DNA of 64,000 bases from Gloeobacterales cyanobacterium (GTDB lineage Bacteria > Cyanobacteriota > Cyanobacteriia > Gloeobacterales > PMM-0068). Below the pieces are notes generated by a model that had not been told where the DNA came from, searched no databases, and saw only the letters and a list, made by a program, of their open reading frames with translations. The stretch covers positions 32,001 through 96,000 of the forward strand of contig JBBRSB010000013.1 of assembly GCA_038245785.1 (NCBI GenBank), given 5' to 3'. Below are positions 39,304 through 49,757 of the stretch, piece by piece; position 1 is the stretch's first letter, and every line of letters begins with the position of its first letter. A program made the position numbers and the translations under genes.

Positions 39304-39576
39304 TCAAGCCCAGTCCTCTCGTCGGGAAGAATCTCCCCGATAGACAGGGGTTTCCCAGTGAATATGGCGGGTCTTGGCAAAGAGAGTTTCTTCAGAATAA
39401 CCCCAGCGCGCCATCAGGTCTTTAAGCTGACTTTGGATATCCTCAGCGCCATCGAAACCTTGATAGCGGATAGTCAGTCGAGCAAGCTCTACCAAGTGTC
39501 GGTCTTCGGGTTCACTGCTGAGCAGCTGATTGACCAGTTGGCGGTCGCGATGCTCTTGGGGATGGACAAGGGACAT
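39304..39576 (-). CDS. DUF3288 family protein
   Basis: HPQ..RDR, ELARL.IRYQGF.GA.DIQ, LFAKTR; start set at ATG 39576. Confidence 0.8.
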   Translation of the reverse strand: MSLVHPQEHRDRQLVNQLLSSEPEDRHLVELARLTIRYQGFDGAEDIQSQLKDLMARWGYSEETLFAKTRHIHWETPVYRGDSSRREDWA

Positions 39577-39583
39577 AGGAACG

Positions 39584-40633
39584 CTAGATAAGGGCTTTCG
39601 GGATAAACATAGCATCTCCAAAGGAATAAAACCGATAGCCCCGGTTGAGTGCTTCTTGATAGGTCGCCAATAAGTTTTCGCGACCGACGAGCGCACTCAC
39701 CAACATTAAAAGAGAAGAGCGCGGTAGATGAAAATTGGTAATCAAGCCATCGACTACTTGCCACTGATAGCCGGGATAAATAAATAAATCAGCATAGCCC
39801 TGCCACGCAGACTGTCCTTGGGTGGCATGAGCCCAGGCTTCCAAGGCACGGGCTACCGTTGTCCCACAAGCTATTACTCGTTTCGCTTTTTGGATAGCCT
39901 CGACCGTGGCTTGAGGAATTTCTACCCATTCCTGATGCATGACGTGGTCCGTGATGCACTCCGTGGCAACGGGCCGAAAAGTTCCTAAGCCTACATGCAG
40001 AGTAATTTGGGCAACGGGAACGGTCAGCTTTTCTAATAATTCCTGGGTAAAGTGCAGTCCTGCCGTCGGAGCAGCCACTGCCCCTGGTTGCGAGGCCCAG
40101 AGGGTTTGGTAACGGTCAGCGGGAGCCTGAGATTCCGTGATGTAGGGAGGAAGCGGAACGTGACCGACCTCGTCCAGAACCTCATAGAAGCTACGGTCGC
40201 TTGGATAGCTAAACTCAATAATCCGCCCTCCGGTGACGCTATCCTTCTCAAGAATCTCAGCGGTGAGTAATCCATCGCCAAAGTGGACCTTGGCTCCAGG
40301 CAGTAATCTTTTCCCTGGACGGACTAAGGCTTTCCAGCGATTTCCCCTCAAGGGGCCCAGTGGAGCCAGTAGCAGGAGTTCTATAGCAGCTCCCGTACTC
40401 TTATGACCCAAGAGCCGTGCGGGGATCACCTTAGTATTGTTCAGCACTAAGAGGTCTCCGGGTTCGAGCAAGGCACTCAGTTCATAGAAATAGCGATGCT
40501 CCAGGTTGTTTTGTCCAAGAACCAGAAGACGACTGTGGTCTCTAGGTTCCACGGGATGCTGGGCAATGGCACTAGCGGGGAGCTGGTAGTCGTAGTTCGC
40601 CGTATGGAGGTCTGCTGAATCGGGTGAAAGCAT
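39584..40633 (-). CDS. queA: SAM:tRNA ribosyltransferase-isomerase
   Basis: NNTKVIPARL, PLPPYI, AAPTAGLHF, TNFHLPRSSL, YRFYSFGDAM. Confidence 0.98.
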   Translation of the reverse strand: MLSPDSADLHTANYDYQLPASAIAQHPVEPRDHSRLLVLGQNNLEHRYFYELSALLEPGDLLVLNNTKVIPARLLGHKSTGAAIELLLLAPLGPLRGNRWKALVRPGKRLLPGAKVHFGDGLLTAEILEKDSVTGGRIIEFSYPSDRSFYEVLDEVGHVPLPPYITESQAPADRYQTLWASQPGAVAAPTAGLHFTQELLEKLTVPVAQITLHVGLGTFRPVATECITDHVMHQEWVEIPQATVEAIQKAKRVIACGTTVARALEAWAHATQGQSAWQGYADLFIYPGYQWQVVDGLITNFHLPRSSLLMLVSALVGRENLLATYQEALNRGYRFYSFGDAMFIPKALI

Positions 40634-40636
40634 AGA

Positions 40637-41848
40637 TTAGAACAAGCTTGTTTCTACAGGGACACGGCCTAGAATTTCATCGTAGAGCTTGGCCAAAGTA
40701 TCGATATTCTTGCCAAGGGTATAGCGGTCTATTACTCTCGCTCTCGCTTTTTCTCCCAGGATTTTAATAAACTCTGGATGCTCTACAAAAAGAGGAATCA
40801 AGGTGCGTAGTTGAGCCTGGACTTGATAGGGCTGGACCATAATGCCTGCGCCTCCCGCCAAAACTTCGCCATCGGCACCGACATCCGTAGCAACTACCGC
40901 TAGACCACAGGCCATGGCTTCCAAGAGCGATATGGAAAGCCCTTCGACAAGAGAAGGTAAGACGAAAACATCGGCACCCCGTAACACCCAAAGCCGTTCT
41001 TCCTCAGAAGCAACAAAGCCAAGCCAGATAATGCCATCTTCTTCGGTATAAAAGTTTTGTAAGAGGGGACGCTGAGGACCATCTCCCATGATCACCAACT
41101 TGTGTTGGAGATTCATCGAATTGGGATAGTGGCCATCGATCAAATCCCTACAGGATTTCCAGGCTTTGAGCATCGGTTCCAGGTTCTTCTCCACAGAAAC
41201 CCGACCCATATAAACGAACAGACGGTCCGCTTCAAAATGCGATTTTGCATTGGAAAGCCCCGGACTATATTTTTCGACATCCACGCCATTGGGAATGACT
41301 ACGATCCGCGCCGAGGAAACGCCCATCTTGCTCAGAATCTCTTTCTGCAACTGTGAAAATACAATCACTCTCTGATAGGCAGCAAGACAGGGCGCATAAA
41401 GCTGGTACATCAAATATTGAGTATTGGCAGCAAAGTTGTTACGCCGACGGTCAAAGGCTGGATGAAACGTTGCTACAAGAGGTAACCCCAATTCTTCACA
41501 AATTTCTGGCAGGACAAAATCTAGGGGAGACAGGGTAAGTGAAGCATGAACGACGTCAGGTTTCAGATCTCTTAGAGAATCTGTGAGCACTTTGCGCGCT
41601 TTCAAGCTCGGCAAGGTATAAACCTGAGAGCGGTAGAGAAAAGGTAAGGGAACCTCTTCCGGTAGGGGACTACCGCTACGGACAGGTTGAGATAAAAATG
41701 TTTGCTCTTCTAATTCCTCTTCTTGGGCAAAGTGTAGAAAGCTAACACGATGGCCCATATGTGTCAGATGGTTGGTCACTTCTCGGCTGTAGGTGACATT
41801 GCCGCAAAAAGGGGATTTTTTACCTAACCAAGCAATGTGCAGGGTCAT
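40637..41848 (-). CDS. dgdA: GT4 glycosyltransferase, probable digalactosyldiacylglycerol synthase
   Basis: HIAWLGKKSPFCGNVTY N-terminus recalled as typical of cyanobacterial DgdA; EGLSISLLEAMA; near recO and MFS genes. Confidence 0.75.
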   Translation of the reverse strand: MTLHIAWLGKKSPFCGNVTYSREVTNHLTHMGHRVSFLHFAQEEELEEQTFLSQPVRSGSPLPEEVPLPFLYRSQVYTLPSLKARKVLTDSLRDLKPDVVHASLTLSPLDFVLPEICEELGLPLVATFHPAFDRRRNNFAANTQYLMYQLYAPCLAAYQRVIVFSQLQKEILSKMGVSSARIVVIPNGVDVEKYSPGLSNAKSHFEADRLFVYMGRVSVEKNLEPMLKAWKSCRDLIDGHYPNSMNLQHKLVIMGDGPQRPLLQNFYTEEDGIIWLGFVASEEERLWVLRGADVFVLPSLVEGLSISLLEAMACGLAVVATDVGADGEVLAGGAGIMVQPYQVQAQLRTLIPLFVEHPEFIKILGEKARARVIDRYTLGKNIDTLAKLYDEILGRVPVETSLF

Positions 41849-41935
41849 AAAAGCATGGCCTGAAGACCCATCTAGTGTACAGGATCCATCCCGAACACTG
41901 ATGGATTCTCAATACCTACCTACTGAACAGATTCA

Positions 41936-42337
41936 CTAAACCGAAGATCCACAGAAAGCACATTTCTTGGCTGCAAGTGGAATATCACTCAGGCATTCTG
42001 GGCAAGGGCGCGTGGTTGCAGCCGCAGCAGGTTGTTCTTTCTTGCTCCGTTCTACCAGACTATTGATCGGCAGAACAACAAAGTAGTAGACCACAGCAGC
42101 AATGATGGCGAATGCAATCAAGGAATTGATGAATTCGCCATAGGTAAACTTGCTGTTGTTGACGGTGAAACTGAGTGCTGAAAAATCGGGCTGACCACCG
42201 ATAGCTGCAATTAGAGGAGTGATCAAACTTTTTACAAGAGAATCAACTACTTTGCCAAAAGATGCGCCAATAATGACACCGACGGCTAAATCAACAACAT
42301 TTCCTCTAAGAAGAAACTCTTTAAACCCACCAGCCAT
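41936..42337 (-). CDS. mscL: Large-conductance mechanosensitive channel
   Basis: FKEFLLRGNVVDLAVGVIIG; C-terminal CPEC..CAFC. Confidence 0.96.
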   Translation of the reverse strand: MAGGFKEFLLRGNVVDLAVGVIIGASFGKVVDSLVKSLITPLIAAIGGQPDFSALSFTVNNSKFTYGEFINSLIAFAIIAAVVYYFVVLPINSLVERSKKEQPAAAATTRPCPECLSDIPLAAKKCAFCGSSV

Positions 42338-42535
42338 ACTATGCTCCTTGTTAAAGTTTTTCGGACGTTTTCTGTACTTACTTGTTTTACGTCCCTAACG
42401 GTCGTAATTTAGCCATAACCATTAGGTACTGTCAAGTAATTTATCACCGAGAAATTAAGGATATCTTCCTGAGAATTTGTATTCATGAAGACAGAGCAGA
42501 GTATATATTTTCTAAGCTGGAAACGTGCATAGAAG

Positions 42536-43792
42536 CTAATTAATTTTCGCTAGCCGAGTCTTTTGGGAGATAAAAGCAGCTCCTAGAGAAACTGCACCAA
42601 GTCCCAGTATTACGGGCTGCAAGCCAAATAAATCAACTGCGATTCCCGCTAGAGCCATCGGGACCGTCGAAGCGATATTGACTACATTATTTTGCAGACC
42701 AAAGACTTTACCTCTCAGGTCTTCTGGTGTTTCTTCCTGAATGGCTGTTTGCATAGGAGCCATCACGAGCGAAGCGGCACTACCCATCAAAACACACAAA
42801 GCGAGTACGGCCCAAACATTACTTACAAAAGCAATGCAACCCAAGGTAAAGGCAATGACTAAAGAGCCCGTTGCTGCTAATCGACTGCGGGCGAAGCGCT
42901 GTCCATAGCGGCCTAATCCCCACGTTCCGAGGGCAAAACCAACGGCTGTAGCTGCTAGCAGAAAACCGAACTGTTCATCCTGCAAACCCAGCTTTTTGGT
43001 CAATCTAATAGACAAAATATTTAAAGCAGCAAGTAGTGAATAGAGAACAAGCAATTGAACAAGGGCAGCTTGAACAATCTTATTTCCTCGAATGTAGTCT
43101 AAGCCTTCTTTTAAGTCAGCCCATGGAGAAGTCTGCTCTTCTGCTTGATTGTTGCCCTCACCCGTTCTGACCAAAGCCAAAATCAAACCTGAAAGTAAAT
43201 AAGCGCCACCGACTAACCAATGTCCATGATCTGCACCACCCACTAAAGCTAAAGCTGGAGCACCAAGCGCAAAACCAAAAACAATGGAACCAGACATCGT
43301 GGCCGTGAACAGGGAGTTGCCAATCAGTAAATATTTGCGCGGAAGAATGAGCGGGATCGCTGAAGTCTCGGCTGGGGCAAAAAATTGGGTGAGGGTTGAG
43401 ACCAAAAAAGTTATAAGCAATATGTAGGCAAAGGAATCGGGCAACAAGGGTAAAAGTAAGACCAAGATGCCGCGCAAAATATTAGAGAATACCAATACAT
43501 TTTTCTTAGACCAGCGGTCCACAAAGACGCCAGCAAGAGAGCCAAAAAGAATGGCTGGCATACTATGAGCGACAAAGAATGCGGACTGCAAAGAAGCCCC
43601 TGCCTCTTTGAAATGTGCAGCCATCAAAGCTACGGCAAGAACGATAAAAACTTTATCGGGCAACTGAGAAAAGATCTGCCCTACCCATAGGTAAAGGAAA
43701 TCACGGTTCTTCAGAACATCTCCAAAGCTAGGAACTTTGGTATCTTCCGAGAGCGTTTCTGGTGGAGGAGATTTCTTACGGGTTTGGGCCAT
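42536..43792 (-). CDS. MFS transporter
   Basis: GVFVDRWSKK motif A, about 12 TM segments, LRGKVFG. Confidence 0.92.
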   Translation of the reverse strand: MAQTRKKSPPPETLSEDTKVPSFGDVLKNRDFLYLWVGQIFSQLPDKVFIVLAVALMAAHFKEAGASLQSAFFVAHSMPAILFGSLAGVFVDRWSKKNVLVFSNILRGILVLLLPLLPDSFAYILLITFLVSTLTQFFAPAETSAIPLILPRKYLLIGNSLFTATMSGSIVFGFALGAPALALVGGADHGHWLVGGAYLLSGLILALVRTGEGNNQAEEQTSPWADLKEGLDYIRGNKIVQAALVQLLVLYSLLAALNILSIRLTKKLGLQDEQFGFLLAATAVGFALGTWGLGRYGQRFARSRLAATGSLVIAFTLGCIAFVSNVWAVLALCVLMGSAASLVMAPMQTAIQEETPEDLRGKVFGLQNNVVNIASTVPMALAGIAVDLFGLQPVILGLGAVSLGAAFISQKTRLAKIN

Positions 43793-43822
43793 ACCTGTTA
43801 TGTTACCTTTTCGCTTGTCCGT

Positions 43823-44581
43823 CTAGGAAACGCAGGGACTAGTAAGCCAGAAGGTTTCTAATAGTTGAGCTGAACGCAAAGAGCGCTCCAGGTGATGTTC
43901 GAGGTAGTGACGCAAGAATCTTTCTACCTGTTTCCAGACGGAATGATCCAGTTTATATTCCATCAAAGGCTTATTGGGCAGCATTTGGAGGGCTTTTATC
44001 ATATTTGGGGTCAAGCGATAGAGTTCGGAGATATTGGTACTACCTTGGAGGGCCACTACACCGCCATGCTCCACGCTAAAACCACAGAACTCTTCGTGGA
44101 TCGGCTGACCGGATAGTACACAATGCGTCACATCGGGAGCGATTCCTGCCACTTGTAGGACCTGAAAAAGACTATGGACCAAGTGAGCACACATATGAGG
44201 CTCAGGAGCCGTCTCTAAAATACCCAACTGAGTTAGGAATAGATCAAATAATTCTATGTGCACTTGCCCTTGGCTTGCTTCTGCTAATACAGCCTCGGTT
44301 AAATACTGTGCGCTGGTTAAACGGGTAAGGTCCTTGCTCAAACCTGTATATAGATGCAAACTTTCTGCCTGCGTAATTCGGTCAATAGAACGGCCATGAG
44401 CAACCTGTAGGTCATTGACCACAAAAAGTTCGCTGCGGCCTCCTAATTTAGAGCGAGACTTGCGTGCCCCTTTGGCTATCAGTCTGACGACACCTTTTTC
44501 TCGGGTAAGGATATGCAGCAACCAGTCTGCTTCTCCCAAGGGCTGTCTTTTGAGATTAATCCCAACGGCTCGATATTCCAC
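43823..44581 (-). CDS. recO: DNA repair protein RecO
   Basis: LGEAD..LHILTREKG, AKGARKSRSKLGGRSELF. Confidence 0.93.
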   Translation of the reverse strand: MEYRAVGINLKRQPLGEADWLLHILTREKGVVRLIAKGARKSRSKLGGRSELFVVNDLQVAHGRSIDRITQAESLHLYTGLSKDLTRLTSAQYLTEAVLAEASQGQVHIELFDLFLTQLGILETAPEPHMCAHLVHSLFQVLQVAGIAPDVTHCVLSGQPIHEEFCGFSVEHGGVVALQGSTNISELYRLTPNMIKALQMLPNKPLMEYKLDHSVWKQVERFLRHYLEHHLERSLRSAQLLETFWLTSPCVS

Positions 44582-44673
44582 AGAAGCAATCGTCCAAGCA
44601 TGTAAGGTCTACAGGCAATTATGGCCTATGCAGCACCAAGACAATCGGCAAAGCTACGCTACCTATAGTGCTA

Positions 44674-44922
44674 TCAAACTTCTACACGGTACCGATTGAG
44701 GTCTATTCCCGCTTCTTTAGCCATCTTGTTGACCCCTTTTAGGGAGATGGTCTTGAGGGCTTTGGTAGAGACTTTGAGACGGACATAGCAACCCTGCTCA
44801 GGGTCCCAAATTTTCTTCCACTGCAAATTCACTTGCTGAAGTTTCTTGGTGCGACGGTGAGAGAAGGAGACAGAGAAGCCATTGTTGGCGCGTTTTCCGG
44901 TCAGCATGCAGCGGCGGGACAT
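44674..44922 (-). CDS. rpmB: 50S ribosomal protein L28
   Basis: [34 protein letters not shown]. Confidence 0.97.
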   Translation of the reverse strand: MSRRCMLTGKRANNGFSVSFSHRRTKKLQQVNLQWKKIWDPEQGCYVRLKVSTKALKTISLKGVNKMAKEAGIDLNRYRVEV

Positions 44923-45112
44923 AAACAACTCCTGGACAAGTTAAGACTTTATCATTAGTAAAGTCTATGGATCATAGCGTAGCGAGGCTGCATGTGTCTA
45001 TCCAATGAAATTTTTTCTTGCCCTTAGGATAGAGATATTGATCAGGGGATTGCCTGTGGTTGAACTCCTCTGCACGCTAAACCGTCAGAATCTATAGGTC
45101 AGCATTCAATAA

Positions 45113-46450
45113 ATGGCTACTACTATTTCTAAAGCACTCAATCAACGCACGGTTTGGCTTATCCTTGGGCTACTGCTCCTATCCGCAGTAGGGGTAGGAA
45201 GTTGGTTGTTCTGGCAGCAATCTCAGCAGGCAGCAGAACAGGTCAAAATTAAAACCCAAACGGCCCCTGTGGTGCGGCAAGATGTCACGCTTAAAGTTTC
45301 AGCGTCAGGTTCGGTCAAACCGATTACGCCCGTTAACATCAGCCCAAAGCAACCGGGCCAGCTAGCCAAACTCTACTTTGATCAGGGCAATCGCGTAAAA
45401 GCAGGACAGATTCTGGCTCGGATGGATGACACAAACCTTCAGGGACAACTGCTCCAAGCCCAGGGGAGTCTAGCTGCTGCTGAGGCTAATTTGCGTAAAC
45501 TACAGGCTGGAAATCGTCCCCAGGAAATTCAGCAAGCCGCACAAAATTTACAGGAAGCCAAGGCTCAGTTCATCGGTACTCGCTCCACCTATGAAAGCAA
45601 TGCTCAGCTTTTCGGCAGTGGTGCAATCAGCCGCAATGCGCTAGACAGCAGTCGCTCTCAGTATGAAGCAGCTCAAGCCCACATCCAGTCCCTGCAACAA
45701 CAACTAAGCCTGAGTCAGGCTGGGGCACGCAAAGAAGATATCGACGCAGCCCGTGCCCAAGTGCTGCAAGCGCGTGGAGCGCTGAAAACAATTCAGACCC
45801 AACTTAATGACACCGTAATCCTGGCTCCTTTCTCGGGCATTGTGACGCAGAAATATGCTGATGTTGGCGCTTTTGTCACACCCACCACGTCTGCCAGTGC
45901 TACCACTTCGGCCACTTCATCTTCCATTCTGGCGTTAGCTAACGACTTAGAAGCGGTTGCCAATGTCTCCGAAACCGATGTCCGCAACATCTATCCTGGA
46001 CAGCCTGTGGAACTACAGGTGGATGCCTATCCTGGTCGTATCTTTAAGGGGCGTGTCCGTCTCGTTGCTCCTGAGTCCGTGGTCGTTCAAAACGTCACCA
46101 GCTTTCAAGTACGGGTACGGGTCCTGGATGACACGAAAAATAAACTCAAGTCCGGCATGAACCTAACGGCTAACTTCCTGGTCGGCCAACGTAAAAATGC
46201 ACTTTTAGTCCCGACGCCTGCGGTGGTCAGTGAAGCGGCGGGAACGGGAGTCTATCTTCTACAAGGTAAGGGCAAGCCTATATTTCATCCGATCCGAGTA
46301 GGCGCTACGGTGGGGACACAGACGGAAGTATTGAGTGGCCTCACGGTCAAGGACCGAGTATTCATCACTTCTCCTGGTAAGCGCAAGCCTAATGATAAGC
46401 CTGTCACTCCCTCACCCTTTAGCAATAGCGGTGGTCGTCCTCCTCGTTAA
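45113..46450 (+). CDS. MacA/HlyD-type periplasmic adaptor
   Basis: N-terminal TM, lipoyl half-motifs flanking a coiled coil, APFSGIV. Confidence 0.92.
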   Translation: MATTISKALNQRTVWLILGLLLLSAVGVGSWLFWQQSQQAAEQVKIKTQTAPVVRQDVTLKVSASGSVKPITPVNISPKQPGQLAKLYFDQGNRVKAGQILARMDDTNLQGQLLQAQGSLAAAEANLRKLQAGNRPQEIQQAAQNLQEAKAQFIGTRSTYESNAQLFGSGAISRNALDSSRSQYEAAQAHIQSLQQQLSLSQAGARKEDIDAARAQVLQARGALKTIQTQLNDTVILAPFSGIVTQKYADVGAFVTPTTSASATTSATSSSILALANDLEAVANVSETDVRNIYPGQPVELQVDAYPGRIFKGRVRLVAPESVVVQNVTSFQVRVRVLDDTKNKLKSGMNLTANFLVGQRKNALLVPTPAVVSEAAGTGVYLLQGKGKPIFHPIRVGATVGTQTEVLSGLTVKDRVFITSPGKRKPNDKPVTPSPFSNSGGRPPR

Positions 46451-46462
46451 GGTCGCCTATTT

Positions 46463-47770
46463 ATGACTGTGCAGCAAACACAAGCAAAACAGAAACTCCC
46501 TGTCTCTATCCCGCGCCTTAAGCCTCAACGGAAGTTAGACCTTTTTGAAACGATCGGTCTGGCTTGGTCTTCGCTGCTGTCTAATAAGCTGCGGTCGATA
46601 CTAACTATGCTTGGGGTGATTATTGGCATCGGAGCGGTAATCGCTATGGTAACGATTGGTCGGGGTGCTCAAGCACAGACAGAAAAACAACTCAAATCAT
46701 TGGGCTCTAACCTAATCTTTGTACAAAGCGGGGTCGCTAACTTTGGCAGTGCGGCTTCTCAAGGAGCGGGTTCGGCCACTACCTTAACGTGGGAAGACGC
46801 TAAGGCGATTGCTCGTACCTGTTCAGCGGTCAAAGAGGTTGCGCCCATTCTCAGTAATCGTTCGCAGGTTGTCTGGGCAGAGAGAAATACCAATACGTCT
46901 ATCCAGGGAACCACCCCAGCGTATGTGGACGTTCGAGATTTCTTGCCTTTGACAGGACGCTTCTTTAATCAATCTGAAGTGGAACAAGCTGCTCGCGTAG
47001 TGGTCCTTGGTCAAACCGTTGTTGATAGTCTTGGCCTCACGCCTGAAAGTTCCTTAGGAAAGAGTATTCGTATTCGGGGAGAAGATTTTCTCGTGATTGG
47101 CACTTTGGAATACAAAGGTTCAGACCAATTCCGTGACCAAGACGATCAGGTTGTGATCCCGTTGACGACCATGGCCAGTCGCATTGTTGGAGTTAACGCT
47201 ATTAACGGTATTTCCCTCAATAGCATTTCTGTTTCCGCTAAAAGTCCTGAACAGATGGATGCAGCTCAGTTTCAGATGACGAATTTGTTGAGACTGCGCC
47301 ACAAGATCATCCCTCCATTGAGCAATGACTTCATTATGCGCAATCAGGCCGATCTTGTGAATGCATCTAATAATGTGGCGGGTATTTTTACTACCTTACT
47401 CGGCGGCTCCGCAGCTATCTCCCTCGTGGTAGGCGGTATCGGCATTATGAACATCATGCTGGTCTCCGTTACCGAGCGCACCCGTGAAATTGGGGTTCGC
47501 AAAGCGATTGGGGCTCGACCCAGCGATATTCTCTGGCAATTTCTGATTGAAGCAGTGGTTTTAGCTATCACTGGAGGTCTGATGGGAATCGCCCTCGGAG
47601 TGGGAGCCTCTGTAGTGATAAGTCTTGTTCTTGGCTGGCCGACCAATATCTCGATAGAAGCAGTTACTCTATCGTTTGGCGTCTGCTTAGCGATTGGATT
47701 ATTCTTTGGCGTCTATCCTGCCCGAAAAGCTTCTCTCCTTGACCCGATTACGGCACTACGGAGTGATTAA
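46463..47770 (+). CDS. MacB-type ABC permease
   Basis: RSILTMLGVIIG, GGIGIMNIMLVSVTERTREIG.RKAIGA. Confidence 0.94.
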   Translation: MTVQQTQAKQKLPVSIPRLKPQRKLDLFETIGLAWSSLLSNKLRSILTMLGVIIGIGAVIAMVTIGRGAQAQTEKQLKSLGSNLIFVQSGVANFGSAASQGAGSATTLTWEDAKAIARTCSAVKEVAPILSNRSQVVWAERNTNTSIQGTTPAYVDVRDFLPLTGRFFNQSEVEQAARVVVLGQTVVDSLGLTPESSLGKSIRIRGEDFLVIGTLEYKGSDQFRDQDDQVVIPLTTMASRIVGVNAINGISLNSISVSAKSPEQMDAAQFQMTNLLRLRHKIIPPLSNDFIMRNQADLVNASNNVAGIFTTLLGGSAAISLVVGGIGIMNIMLVSVTERTREIGVRKAIGARPSDILWQFLIEAVVLAITGGLMGIALGVGASVVISLVLGWPTNISIEAVTLSFGVCLAIGLFFGVYPARKASLLDPITALRSD

Positions 47771-47773
47771 GCG

Positions 47774-48469
47774 ATGATTCAGCTAGAAAATATTGTCAAA
47801 AACTACATTTTGGGAGCCGTGGAAGTTCCCGTACTTCGGGGAATTGATCTATTGATTGATCAGGGCGAATACACAGCGATCATGGGCGTTTCGGGTTCTG
47901 GCAAATCTACGCTGATGAATATTATTGGCTGTTTAGACCGTCCTACTTCTGGTTGTTATCTCTTAGAAGGGCAAGACATCACGGAACTAAGTGATGATGA
48001 CTTGGCCGATGTTCGTAATGAGCGAATTGGCTTTGTCTTTCAGCAATTCAATCTACTACCAAGATTGAACGCGCTGGAAAATGTGATGCTGCCGATGGTT
48101 TATGCTGGCTACCCCAAAGCAGAACGACGGGAGCGGGCCGAAGAAGTCCTGATTCAGGTGGGTTTAGCGGACCGGATGACCAATCGACCCAATCAGCTAT
48201 CGGGAGGGCAGCAACAGCGGGTTGCTATTGCCCGTGCTTTAGTGAATCGTCCGGCCCTACTCTTGGCTGATGAGCCGACGGGAGCCCTGGATACGAAAAC
48301 CAGTGAAGAGATCATGACGCTGATGACCAACCTCAATGATCAAGGTATCACCGTGGTGATTGTTACCCATGAGCCGGATGTTGCTCATCAGACAAAGCGA
48401 ATGATTCGGGTACAGGACGGCCAGATTGTAGATGACGTCCCTGTGCTGAAGCCTACCCTCGCGCTTTAA
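47774..48469 (+). CDS. MacB/LolD-type ABC ATPase
   Basis: [32 protein letters not shown]. Confidence 0.95.
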   Translation: MIQLENIVKNYILGAVEVPVLRGIDLLIDQGEYTAIMGVSGSGKSTLMNIIGCLDRPTSGCYLLEGQDITELSDDDLADVRNERIGFVFQQFNLLPRLNALENVMLPMVYAGYPKAERRERAEEVLIQVGLADRMTNRPNQLSGGQQQRVAIARALVNRPALLLADEPTGALDTKTSEEIMTLMTNLNDQGITVVIVTHEPDVAHQTKRMIRVQDGQIVDDVPVLKPTLAL

Positions 48470-48487
48470 GCTAAATTCAGGTGTTCT

Positions 48488-48769
48488 TTACTTGCTGCTG
48501 TAGTAGTAGGCAATATCTCTCTCTTTCAAAGGAGCAAACCCGGCCTCAACAAGCATTTGATCCAGTTCTGGCTGAGGGATATGCTTGGCTCCGATACGGA
48601 TAATCCGTGAGCGCATCGTATTGGACACACCGCTGCGCTGTCGGCCTGCCTCTAGACCCATGACTTTGCTGTAAAGATCTAACTTGACCTGCGGGATTGG
48701 GGTACCGTCAAAGTCAATACCCTTGGCAATCGCCACATCAATTGCGTCAGCACCCGTAGTATCAGACAT
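48488..48769 (-). CDS. DUF4090 family protein
   Basis: GADAID.AI..GIDFDG, EAGRQRSGVSNTMRSRI.RIGAKH. Confidence 0.8.
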   Translation of the reverse strand: MSDTTGADAIDVAIAKGIDFDGTPIPQVKLDLYSKVMGLEAGRQRSGVSNTMRSRIIRIGAKHIPQPELDQMLVEAGFAPLKERDIAYYYSSK

Positions 48770-48896
48770 CTTCGCCTTGGGAATAAGTACAGAGGAATTT
48801 TATCAGCTCCCAGGGTCCTGCTGGCTTCTTGGGCCCAGAGCGGCTCTTCGAAGGCCAATGATTTAACCTATTAACATCGCTTGGATTCATCAAACT

Positions 48897-49670
48897 ATGT
48901 GCCAACTCTTAGGGATGAACTGTAATGTCCCTACCGATATCTGCTTTTCCTTTGAAGGTTTTTCTGCGCGAGGAGGAAAAACCGATGAGCATCGCGATGG
49001 TTGGGGTATTGCTTTCTTTGAAGGCTTGGGATGCCGGATTTTTTTGGATGAAAAACCATCAATCACTTCTCCTGTCGCAGAATTAGTGCGCCGTTATCCA
49101 ATCAAATCAACCCATGTCATTGCTCATATCCGCAAAGCAACCCAAGGCGTGGTAGCCCTAGAAAATTGTCATCCCTTTCGTCGGGAACTCTGGGGACGTT
49201 ACTGGGTGTTTGCGCACAACGGGGATCTCCAAGATTTTGAGCCCAAAAGTAAAAGTTTCTATCGCCCTGTGGGCAAGACCGATAGTGAAAGAGCCTTCTG
49301 CCTAATCCTGGAAACCTTACGAAAATCTTTTCCCGATCAGAAACCGACCGTGGAGAAGCTGTACGTCTTGCTGAGAGATATTACAAAAGACCTGGCATCT
49401 CAGGGAGTCTTTAACTATTTACTTTCCGATGGGGAGCACTTATTTGCGCATTGCTCCACGCAACTTCATTACATCGTGCGACAAGCGCCTTTCGCGGCGG
49501 CGCACCTGCTGGATGAAGATGTCACCGTTGATTTTCAAGAACTGACCCGTCCTAGCGACCGCGTCGCTATTATTGTCACTACTCCACTCACAGACAACGA
49601 AATCTGGACGACTATCCAACCAGGGGAACTACTGGTATTCCAGGATGGCTTGCCCCATAAATTTGAATGA
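48897..49670 (+). CDS. Class II glutamine amidotransferase (YafJ family)
   Basis: N-terminal MCQLLG, DGWGIAF, HIRKATQG, NCHPF, FAHNG, TDSE. Confidence 0.93.
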   Translation: MCQLLGMNCNVPTDICFSFEGFSARGGKTDEHRDGWGIAFFEGLGCRIFLDEKPSITSPVAELVRRYPIKSTHVIAHIRKATQGVVALENCHPFRRELWGRYWVFAHNGDLQDFEPKSKSFYRPVGKTDSERAFCLILETLRKSFPDQKPTVEKLYVLLRDITKDLASQGVFNYLLSDGEHLFAHCSTQLHYIVRQAPFAAAHLLDEDVTVDFQELTRPSDRVAIIVTTPLTDNEIWTTIQPGELLVFQDGLPHKFE

Positions 49671-49679
49671 GGCGGATAA

Positions 49680-49754
49680 AGATCCCCCCAGCCAAAAAGT
49701 AATTTGAAGCCGTAAATGGTCTGGCTCCCCTTTGCAAAGGGGAGCGGGGGATCT
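49680..49754 (+). repeat. Dispersed ~75-bp palindromic repeat, copy C
   Basis: AGATCCCCCCAGCCAAAAAG...GCTCCCCTTTGCAAAGGGGAGCGGGGGATCT between convergent genes. Confidence 0.85.
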
Positions 49755-49757
49755 CTT

